From an uncultured Actinomycetota bacterium (GTDB lineage Bacteria > Actinomycetota > Actinomycetes > JACCUZ01): a stretch of 64,000 nucleotides of DNA. Positions 39,366 through 47,308 of this stretch are shown here, piece after piece; the first letter of the stretch is position 1; the number at the start of each line of letters is the position of its first letter. The notes below the pieces were generated by a model, which saw only the letters and a list, made by a program, of their open reading frames with translations, was not told where the DNA came from and searched no databases. Both the position numbers and the translations under genes were made by a program. The DNA is taken from positions 2,054,003-2,118,002 of the forward strand of contig CAVVSW010000005.1 in assembly GCA_963751035.1 (NCBI GenBank). The letters are read 5' to 3'.

Positions 39366-40553
39366 CGCGCGGCCCCGACCACCCCGGACACGGCTCGCTC
39401 GTAGGTCGCGCGATGAGCGGCCGCGGACGCCTCCCACGTGAACTCGCGGGCGCGGCGCGGACCGGACTCGGACAGCTGCCGCCGGCGGTCCTCGTCCTCG
39501 ATCAGCCGGCGCAGGGCTGTGGCGATGCTCTCGCTGTCGGGCTCGGTGTACTCCACCGCGTCGCCACCCACCTCGGGGAGCGAGAGCCGCGGGAGCCGTG
39601 AGGACCGCGGCACCGCACGCCATCGCCTCGAGCACCGGCAGGCCGAAGCCCTCCGCCTTGCTGGGGAACGCGACGACGAGGGCGCCGCCGAGCAGACCGG
39701 GCAGGTCGGACGGGCGCATGAAACCGGGCCGCACCACCTTCAGCGACGACGGCACGTCGGCGATCGCCTGGTCGACCTCGTCGTCCCAGCCGCTGCTTCC
39801 GGCGAGGACCAGTGCGGGTGGCTCGGGGAGCCCGGAGACCGCCTGCACCCACCCGCGCACCAGGTCGGGGACGTTCTTGCGGCGCTCGAGCACACCGAGG
39901 AACGCGATGTAGGGCCGCCCGTGCAGCCCCAGCCGGTCGGACACGCGCTGCGTCTCGGTGTCGGTCGGCGGGTGGAACGTCGCGAGGTCGACGCCGTGGC
40001 GGGCCACGTCGATCGTCTCGGGGTTGCCGTCGACGAGCCGGACGAGCTCGTCCTTGGTCGCCTGCGACGGCACGATCACCCGCGCCGCGCGACGCACCGC
40101 CGTGCGGGTCGCGGAGCGGTAGAAGCCGGCCCGGACGGCGCTGTGCAGCTCGGGCTGCGAGATGAACGTGACGTCGTGCACGGTCACCACCACCGGCACC
40201 GACGCGTGCAGCGGCATCGTGTAGTAGGGCGAGTGGATCAGGGAGGCGTTGGTCTGCTGCGCGATGAGGGGCAGTCCGGTCTGCTCCCAGGCCAGCCGGG
40301 CCGGCCGGTGCGAGATGGCCGACGGTCCGGCGATCACCTCGGTGCCGGGAGATAGCCGGCTGAACCGCTCGGCGTCGGCGCGCTGACACACGACCACGAG
40401 GTCCTCGCCGGACTGTCCGAGGCTGTGGATCAGCCCGTCGACGTAGCGCCCGACGCCACCACGGTCCCCCGGCACGGCGGTCGCGTCGATGAGCACGCGA
40501 GGCGCCACGAAGCGATCCCTCCCACCGGTGTCCTGCGAGTCGTTGCGCCGCAC
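39362..40553 (-). pseudogene. GT4-family glycosyltransferase, one frame interruption (~39.60 kb)
   Basis: ..VLIDATAVPGDRGGVGRYV..VTVHDVTF..FLGVLERRKN..VVAFPSKAEGFGLPVLEAMACGAAVL|..RLSLPEVGGDAVEYTEPD.. (EX7E-type GT4 C-terminal motif). The tail comes from ORF 39362..39613. Confidence 0.8.
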
Positions 40554-40615
40554 AGCCTACGCCGCCGACCCGGCCGGGGCAGCCGAAGCCTCGCCCAACA
40601 TTTAGGCTCTCGGCC

Positions 40616-41413
40616 ATGGCGACCGAGCGCAAACCTCAGCTGGCCTACTCCGAGCTGATGGACAAGATGCTCGACGAGGACGCCCGACGGGTGAAGGCGC
40701 GCAAGCTCATCTCGGTGCTGACGCACTTCCTCGGCCGAGACGACCTGTCAGGGCTGACGGCCCTGGACGTCGGCTGCTCCGCCGGGTTCATCGCCGACGA
40801 GCTGGCGATCTCGGGCGCGCGCACGATCGGTGTCGACATCGACGTACCCGGTGTCTCCAAGGCACGCGCCCGGTTCGGCAACAGCGCCACGTTCCTCTGT
40901 GCGGATGGAAGCCGGCTACCGCTCGCGGACGGGTCGGTCGACGTCTGCGTCTTCAACCACATCTACGAGCACGTGGTGGATCCGGACGCCGTCATGGCCG
41001 AGCTCTCCCGGGTGCTGGCCGACGACGGGGCGGTCTACCTCGGGGTGGCCAACCGCTTCGGGGTCATGGAGCCGCACTACCGGCTGCCGTTCCTGTCCTA
41101 CCTCCCGCGCCGGCTGGCCGACCGCTACATGCAGGTGACGAGGAAGGGCGACCACTACTACGAGCGGCTGAAGTCCCGGCCCGGCCTGCGTCGGATGGCC
41201 GCCGACTTCACCGTGTGGGAGTACACCCTGCCGGTCATCCTGGACCCCGGCACGTTCCACAGCCACGACGTGGTCCCGCCGGCACTGCTCCGCATCCCGG
41301 AAGCGGGCCTGCGGGCCGCGCTCCCCCTCGCTCCGACCTATGTCTGGGTCGCGACGAAGTCCGACGCACCGCCAAAAGGCCCGCCGGTGCGGGGCGGTCC
41401 GACCCGCCTCTAA
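40616..41413 (+). CDS. Class I SAM-dependent methyltransferase
   Basis: ..LDVGCSAGFIADELA..GVDID..DVCVFNHIYEHVVDPDAVMAELSRVLADDGAVYL. Motif I is (V/L)D(V/L)GCxxG. Confidence 0.85.
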   Translation: MATERKPQLAYSELMDKMLDEDARRVKARKLISVLTHFLGRDDLSGLTALDVGCSAGFIADELAISGARTIGVDIDVPGVSKARARFGNSATFLCADGSRLPLADGSVDVCVFNHIYEHVVDPDAVMAELSRVLADDGAVYLGVANRFGVMEPHYRLPFLSYLPRRLADRYMQVTRKGDHYYERLKSRPGLRRMAADFTVWEYTLPVILDPGTFHSHDVVPPALLRIPEAGLRAALPLAPTYVWVATKSDAPPKGPPVRGGPTRL

Positions 41414-42381
41414 CCGGGCAGCTGTTCCGGCTCGGGTCTCGCGTGTCGATGCCACTTCTCCGCGGCGATCCCGCTCACGGCGACGACCAGGTCACCGACC
41501 ACGCTGAGCACGCGCGACACCACCGCGACAGCCAGGGCCTCGGGACGCTCCAGCACGGGCGTGAGCAGGACGACAAGCGTCAGCTCACGCGCGCCCGCTC
41601 CGGCAGGAGCGAAGAACACGAGGAAGCCGGCGACCCAGGCGAGCGCGTATGCCCCGACCGAACGGACGAATGCGTCGGACCCTCCGAGCGCCGCCACGAG
41701 CACATAGACGTGGATGCCGAAGCAGAGCCACATGACCGCCGACCAGCCAGCCGAGACGAGCACACCCCGGGGACCGATCTGCAGGTCGGGTGCCGGCCTG
41801 CGCACGAGGCGGAGGAAGAGCGTGACGGTGCGTTGTCCGACGGCTGGTCGCAGCAGGACCAGGAGGAGCGGCAGAGGGATCAGCAGCCACCAGTAGTCAC
41901 CCGGGGAACCGTTGACGGCGACCAGGGACAGGACGCCGATGACGATCCCCGTGGCGATCCCGACCAGCAGGTTGAGTGCCGCCGCAACGCCGCTCTGCGC
42001 CGCGGGAACGCCCTCCTCCCTGCCGAGCTCCATCTGCGCCACGACCGGCCAGACCGAGCCCGGCAGGTACTTGCCGATCTGCGTCAGGAAGTACAGCCGG
42101 GCTGACGTCAACACCGGCAGCCGGTGCCCGACCGCGATCAGCAGAGCCCGCCACCCCATCATGCTGGCCATCAAGCCGAGGAGGACGAAGACTCCGGACA
42201 GCAGCACGGGCCCGATGTCGAGCCGAGCGAGTGCGTCTGCGAGCTCGTGACGTTGCTGCCACAGGACGCCCAGCAGAAGGGTGACGGCCAGCAGACCCAG
42301 CGCCCAGCGCAGGACGCGACGGAGTGGGGAACTCGGCGGCCGGGCGGCCGGCCGATCAGCCACGTGTCGACGAGGGGACAC
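41410..42381 (-). CDS. Flippase-like / lysylphosphatidylglycerol-synthase-TM-region family (UPF0104) membrane protein
   Basis: About 8 TM segments with ..LYFLTQIGKYLPGSVWPVVAQMELGREEG..FFAPAGAGARELTLVVLL.. Start assigned to GTG 42381 (alternative 42363). The N-terminal part of ORF 41410..42540 overlaps the next gene. Confidence 0.72.
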   Translation of the reverse strand: MSPRRHVADRPAARPPSSPLRRVLRWALGLLAVTLLLGVLWQQRHELADALARLDIGPVLLSGVFVLLGLMASMMGWRALLIAVGHRLPVLTSARLYFLTQIGKYLPGSVWPVVAQMELGREEGVPAAQSGVAAALNLLVGIATGIVIGVLSLVAVNGSPGDYWWLLIPLPLLLVLLRPAVGQRTVTLFLRLVRRPAPDLQIGPRGVLVSAGWSAVMWLCFGIHVYVLVAALGGSDAFVRSVGAYALAWVAGFLVFFAPAGAGARELTLVVLLTPVLERPEALAVAVVSRVLSVVGDLVVAVSGIAAEKWHRHARPEPEQLPG

Positions 42382-43021
42382 GTGCCTTCGCGAGGGCGAA
42401 GACGAACTGATACTGCATGCGAGGGACGAACCCGAGCAGTTTCGCCCCGCCTCGGAAGAGGATGCGAGCCGGGCGTCGATCGCGGAAGACGGGGGGTCCG
42501 AAGTCGGCGCGTACAGCTTCCACGCGCAGACCCGCATCATTGATCAACCGGGTCCACCGACCTTGGGTCAGCCGCAGCTCGCGGGGCTGCTCCGTCCGCA
42601 CATAGAAGTTGGGTACGACGATGACGGCTCGGCCATCGTGGGCCAGCACACGGGCGATCTCGCGAAGACCCTGACTCACGTCCGGGAAGTGTTCTATCGA
42701 GCCGAAGCTGAGAAGCCTGTCAATGGAACCGGATCGGATCGGCAGCTGGCACCCGTCTGCCTGCACGCGGGAGACCTCCGGGATGCCCTGCTGGCCGAGG
42801 AGCAGCGCGCGGATGGCGAAGTCGAGGCCGAGCGTGGCGCCGGCGCCACGGCGGAGGGCGAACCGCGCCGCCCATCCCACACCGGACCCGAGATCGACGA
42901 ACGTCTTGGCTTTCAACGGTTCGAGCAGGTCGAGCGCGCGAGCCATCCGCCGCTCATCGACCTGGATCACGTCGTCGTCGAAGTGATAGGCCGTCTCGTA
43001 GAAGTCGCGGTCGGAAACCAT
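42356..43021 (-). CDS. Class I SAM-dependent methyltransferase
   Basis: ATG 43019-43021. MVSDRDFYETAYHFDDD..FVDLGSGVGWAARFAL..RLLSFGSIEHFPDVSQGLREIARVLAHDGRAVIVV. The rest of ORF 42356..43600 is an upstream extension. Confidence 0.8.
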   Translation of the reverse strand: MVSDRDFYETAYHFDDDVIQVDERRMARALDLLEPLKAKTFVDLGSGVGWAARFALRRGAGATLGLDFAIRALLLGQQGIPEVSRVQADGCQLPIRSGSIDRLLSFGSIEHFPDVSQGLREIARVLAHDGRAVIVVPNFYVRTEQPRELRLTQGRWTRLINDAGLRVEAVRADFGPPVFRDRRPARILFRGGAKLLGFVPRMQYQFVFALAKARVPSSTRG

Positions 43022-43162
43022 CAAGTCGCCTTCTTCGCCTAGTCGAACGCTCTCGCGCTTCGGCGACGGCGTCTCACGGCCAACGGGCGGGAGTCTATCG
43101 GCTGAGCCCCGACGCCTGAGGGTCGGGATGAGCACCGTGCGGCATCGCTTAGTGTCCTGCCC

Positions 43163-44242
43163 ATGCCGGATCGGCCTGTCTTCGTAACGCGCAAGTTCCC
43201 CCCGTCCCGGGGTGGCATGGAGACCCTCGCCGCAGGTGTGTGGCGGACGATGGTGGCTGCTCGGCCGGATGCCGTGCTCATCGCCCACGGCGGCAGCAAC
43301 CGCCTGTTGCCGGTCTGGCTGCCGGGAGCAGTGATCCGGACCAGCTGGCTGGTCGCGACCCGCCGCGTCGGGTTCGTGCTGACCGGCGATGCACTCATGT
43401 ACGCCGTCCTGGCGCCGTTCCTGCGCCTGTTCAGGGCACGCCACGCCACGATGGTCATGGGTCTCGATCTGACCTTTGAGAACCGGCTCTACCGCGCCGT
43501 CGTCCATCGATTGCTTCGTGGGTCTCCCCGCGTGATTGCGATCAGCGCGGCCACCGCCGAGGCCGCTCGCGGATTCGGTGTCCCGGCCGAACACGTTCAC
43601 GTCGTACGACTCGGAGTATCAGCGCCAGACGTGTCGCTCGCGCAACGACAGGTGTGTCGGCAGGAGCTCAAGCGGAGGTTCGGCGGCTCCGACGAGACCG
43701 TGTTCCTGCTGACTCTGGGCCGCCTCGTCCGGCGCAAGGGTGCGCGGTGGTTCGTCGACCAGGTCCTGCCGCAGCTGCCGGCCAATGTGCACTACGTCGT
43801 TGCCGGGGACGGTCCCGAAACGGTGCCGCTGCGCGCCGCTGTGGAAGCCGGTGAGCTGACGCCGCGGGTTCACCTAATCGGCTCGGTCGACGACGAGACC
43901 CGTGAGCTCGTCATGCAGGGTGCCGACCTCTTCGTGCAGCCGAACATCCGGGTCCCCGGGGACATGGAGGGGTTCGGCCTCGTCACGATCGAGGCCGCGC
44001 TCCGGGGCACCCCCGTCGCTGCCGCCGATCTCGAGGGCATCAAGGACGCCGTCGTCGACGGCGAGACCGGCATCCTGCTGCCCGCGGAGGACGCCGGAGC
44101 CTGGGCGGCGCGCCTCAACGAGCTGGTGATCGATCGAGGGGCGCTCGAACGCCTCGGGCAACGCTTTCGCGAGTCGGCCGGCGACAGGTTCGGCGAGGAG
44201 TCGATGGGCGAAGAGCTCTTCGGGCTGCTGTCGGACCCCTAG
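43163..44242 (+). CDS. GT4-family glycosyltransferase
   Basis: 359 aa with ..FVTRKFPPSRGGMETL..LTLGRLVRRKG..FVQPNIRVPGDMEGFGLVTIEAALRGTPVAAADLEGIKDAVVDGETG. Confidence 0.85.
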   Translation: MPDRPVFVTRKFPPSRGGMETLAAGVWRTMVAARPDAVLIAHGGSNRLLPVWLPGAVIRTSWLVATRRVGFVLTGDALMYAVLAPFLRLFRARHATMVMGLDLTFENRLYRAVVHRLLRGSPRVIAISAATAEAARGFGVPAEHVHVVRLGVSAPDVSLAQRQVCRQELKRRFGGSDETVFLLTLGRLVRRKGARWFVDQVLPQLPANVHYVVAGDGPETVPLRAAVEAGELTPRVHLIGSVDDETRELVMQGADLFVQPNIRVPGDMEGFGLVTIEAALRGTPVAAADLEGIKDAVVDGETGILLPAEDAGAWAARLNELVIDRGALERLGQRFRESAGDRFGEESMGEELFGLLSDP

Positions 44243-45219
44243 TGGTCCCCGCGTGAGCGGACAATCAGGTCCGCGAGCAGCGCGACACATCCGATCAGCA
44301 TGGCGGTGACGAACAGCAGGACGGTGTTGGTTGCGAAGCGGACCGGATGTGCCACGAGGTCGTAGATGCCCTTGGCCAGCGCGAGGAGCAGCAGCCACAG
44401 CGCAAGCGGCATCAGCACCTTGAGCGGGTTGAAGTACATCACCATCCGCAGCACCTGCAGGATGTAGCGGTAGGCGTCGCGCATGAACTTGAACTTGGAC
44501 GTCCCGGCGCGCTTGGCATAGGTGATCGGCTCATAGCGGATGTCGTGCTGGTTCGACAGGAACGCCAGCGTGATGGTGGTGACGCAGGAGAAGCCGGGCG
44601 GCAGGAGCCGCAGGTAAGGGAGGGCAACCGACCGCCGGAACGCGCGCAGGCCGGAGTTCAGGTCCGGGATCTTGGAGTTCGACAGGGTCTCGGCGATCTT
44701 GCGGATGAGCCACTTGGCCGGCACCCGGAGGATCTTGTGTGTGCCCTCCTCGCTCGTCCGGGCGCCAACCACCTGATCGATGGTGGGATCGCTCCGAAGC
44801 ATCTCGACGAATTCCGGGATCCGCTCATTCGGATAGGTCATGTCGGCGTCGGTCCACACGACGATCTCTCCGCGGGCCTCGTACGTTCCGATGCGCCGCG
44901 CAGTGCCGGAGCCCCCGTTGCGGCGGAAGGGCATCAGCCGGAGGTGCGGAAAGCGGGGGGCGGCCTCCCGAAGCACCTCGAGCGTGTTGTCGGTGGACGC
45001 GTCATCGATCACGAGCAGCTCGTAGGCGTAGCCGGCCGCATCCATCGTGTCGCAGATCCGCTGCACCTCGAGGAGGACGTGGTCCTGCTCGTTGAAGCAC
45101 GGCAGCACGATCGTGACGAGCGGTCTCTCAGCTGCGGCGTCCCGCGGCGGGTAGGAAGCGTGCTCGACGTACGGGAGGTGGGATACGGGGGTCTCCTCGG
45201 GGGGCACGCTGATCGTCAT
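44239..45219 (-). CDS. GT2 polyprenyl-phosphate glycosyltransferase-like (GtrB/ArnC/DPM1 type) with C-terminal TM helices
   Basis: ..VTIVLPCFNEQDHV..LLVIDDASTDNT..VVWTDADMTYP..SGLRAFRR.. plus two C-terminal TMs. Convergent 4-nt overlap with 43163..44242. Confidence 0.85.
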   Translation of the reverse strand: MTISVPPEETPVSHLPYVEHASYPPRDAAAERPLVTIVLPCFNEQDHVLLEVQRICDTMDAAGYAYELLVIDDASTDNTLEVLREAAPRFPHLRLMPFRRNGGSGTARRIGTYEARGEIVVWTDADMTYPNERIPEFVEMLRSDPTIDQVVGARTSEEGTHKILRVPAKWLIRKIAETLSNSKIPDLNSGLRAFRRSVALPYLRLLPPGFSCVTTITLAFLSNQHDIRYEPITYAKRAGTSKFKFMRDAYRYILQVLRMVMYFNPLKVLMPLALWLLLLALAKGIYDLVAHPVRFATNTVLLFVTAMLIGCVALLADLIVRSRGDH

Positions 45220-45305
45220 TGGGCAGCAGGCTCCGGGGATCGGGGCCGAATGGCTCGCAAGAGCTCAGGGACGTGGTGAGGATAACCGACGTCTCGGAAC
45301 TGCTG

Positions 45306-47303
45306 TCAGTCGACCATGACGGGCGTCGCGGTCCCATTGCCGTCCCAGTCACCGGCGAGCGGCACCTGCCCCGAGACCAGCCCGGCGAAGTAGCGATAGG
45401 ACGCACTGCCCGCTGTGTTGCTGTTGCGGAGGATCCAGCTCCAGCGCTCGCCCGACTTGCGAGTGACTCCGACCGTCGTCGACCCGTTGCCGTCCCAGTC
45501 ACCGACGACCCCCCGGTCCGCGTTCGCCCCGTAGGTGAACTGCGCCGAGGGAGCGCCCGCCGAGAGGCTGTCGCGCAGCTGCCACAACAACCCGCCGGTC
45601 GAGCTGGTGCGCACCAGACCCGCAGATGCCTGGCCGTCGCCGTTCCAATCCCCGACCACGGGGGTGGCAGTGGCCGGGCCGTAGCGGAACTCGTGTGCCG
45701 GGGCGCCGGGGCCATTGACGTTCGAGAGCTGCCAGAGGAACTGGCCGGCGGACGGGCAGGCCAAGCCGGGTGTCTCGTCGCCGTCCCCGTCCCAGTCACC
45801 GGCGACGGGCCGACACGAGGAGGCGCCGTAGGTGAAGACCGTGCTCGGAGACCCCACGGTGTTCGAGTTCCGTAGCCGCCAGCGCCAGGAGCCGTCGACG
45901 ACATCCAGGACCGCCGGCGTCTGGTCACCGTCCCCGTCCCAGTCGCCGAGCAGCGGCGTTGCGCCTTGCGGGCCGTAGGTCTGCGTGTTCTGGGTCGCGT
46001 TCGTGGAGTGCGAAGCGGACTTGACCCAGCGGAGAGCCGCGGAGTCGCCGACCGTGAACAGCGTCGACCGGATCGTGCTGGCCCCCATGGCCGTCCGGAA
46101 GGCCGCCCCGGTGACGGAGTTCTGAACCGGGCTCCCGGCGTTCGTGCCGCGGATGTCGATGGCCGTCACGCGGCCACCCCAGTCGCCGACACCATCCCGG
46201 GAGACGACGTGGACGCTGCTCAGTGTGGAACCGGCGGGGAGGAACTTCTGGGCCAGCTGGGACGCGCTGAAGGACGCCTGCCAGTGGTGGTAGGGGTCCC
46301 AGCTGCCGTCGGTCCAGTCGTCGCGCCCGGCAGGGGAGTGGCCGGTTCCACCGGTTTCCGTCCAGCCGCCGTTCGTCGAGGCGAACTCTGCCCGGATCGC
46401 ATTGCCGGAGACCGTCCGCGCCTTTCCGGCGGTCGCCGTCACCGCCGCGTCCGTACGTGCGTTCTCGCTCGATGTGCCGGAGTAGACCTGGCAGTTCTGG
46501 TTGTCGCAGATCTCGTAGACGGCGGCGTCCTTGGGGTGCTGGGAGTACCACGACGAGTAGGACCGGGCGGCGATCGCCTGCGCCTGCAGAGCGGCCGAGG
46601 GCCAGGACGCCGGACTCTCACTGGGAACGACGGACCTGAGGTAGGACTCGAGATTGACGACGTTGACCGCGACGATGTCGCTGCTGTTCACGCGATGAAT
46701 ACGGAAGTTGCCGCGGTAGGAGCGAGACGCGGACTCGTCCTCGTCCTGGATCCGCAGGGAGCTGACGGAGTTCGAGAAGATGCGCACCGTGCCCGGAAAG
46801 GCCGTCCGCGAGCCGATCTGCAGCGACACCCAGCCGCCCGTGCTGGATTCTCCCTGCACCCGCAGGCCGGCCGCGTCGGTGACGACCCGCCAACGGCTCA
46901 CGCCGGGGAAGGCCGCCGGGTCGATCCGGGTGTCCGGTCCTCCTCCGGCGGACTCGTCCCGGGCGGTGAGCCCGGCGACGGACGGAAAGTAGACGAGCCG
47001 GTCAGTGACGCTGCGCTCGAGGCGCACGCGCAGCTGCGAGTTCGAGACGGTGCCGGCCGTGCTTTCCGAGTAGTAGCGGTCGGTGATCTGCCTGGCCGAG
47101 TGACCGATGGACGCCGCGTGGAACGCGCCGTACTGCGACATCCCGCGGCCGTGGCCGTAACCCCGTCCGACGAACGTGTACGTGTGGTCCGCCTGCACGG
47201 TGTAGTCCTCGACCGCCTCAGCCGGTGCCGCCCAGAGCGGCAGCATCAGCAGCGCGGCGATGACGGCCGCAGCGGCTTTCCGGTTAGACCACACGATGTT
47301 CAC
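45306..47303 (-). CDS. Secreted SpoIID/LytB-domain protein with five C-terminal FG-GAP/VCBS-like repeats
   Basis: Signal peptide (AAAVIAALLMLPLWAAPAEA). SpoIID signature ..GRGYGHGRGMSQYGA.. and ..YRGNFRI..VNVVNLESYLRSVVPSE..ALQAQAIAARSY.. The C-terminal ~240 aa has 5x [F.YG..P..GDW(D/N)G(D/N)G..T....W.W.LRN]. Confidence 0.8.
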   Translation of the reverse strand: MNIVWSNRKAAAAVIAALLMLPLWAAPAEAVEDYTVQADHTYTFVGRGYGHGRGMSQYGAFHAASIGHSARQITDRYYSESTAGTVSNSQLRVRLERSVTDRLVYFPSVAGLTARDESAGGGPDTRIDPAAFPGVSRWRVVTDAAGLRVQGESSTGGWVSLQIGSRTAFPGTVRIFSNSVSSLRIQDEDESASRSYRGNFRIHRVNSSDIVAVNVVNLESYLRSVVPSESPASWPSAALQAQAIAARSYSSWYSQHPKDAAVYEICDNQNCQVYSGTSSENARTDAAVTATAGKARTVSGNAIRAEFASTNGGWTETGGTGHSPAGRDDWTDGSWDPYHHWQASFSASQLAQKFLPAGSTLSSVHVVSRDGVGDWGGRVTAIDIRGTNAGSPVQNSVTGAAFRTAMGASTIRSTLFTVGDSAALRWVKSASHSTNATQNTQTYGPQGATPLLGDWDGDGDQTPAVLDVVDGSWRWRLRNSNTVGSPSTVFTYGASSCRPVAGDWDGDGDETPGLACPSAGQFLWQLSNVNGPGAPAHEFRYGPATATPVVGDWNGDGQASAGLVRTSSTGGLLWQLRDSLSAGAPSAQFTYGANADRGVVGDWDGNGSTTVGVTRKSGERWSWILRNSNTAGSASYRYFAGLVSGQVPLAGDWDGNGTATPVMVD

Positions 47304-47308
47304 CGACC

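Noticed and set aside
38283-40553. 756-aa ORF as a GT4-pyrophosphorylase fusion protein
   Set aside because: The central ~110 aa (..APAALAPRGGWRRGGVHRARQ..) is out-of-frame junk caused by one extra base near 39600. The true GT4 C-terminus (SLPEVGGDAVEY..) lies in ORF 39362..39613 and ends in a GTGA overlap with the start of the pyrophosphorylase gene.
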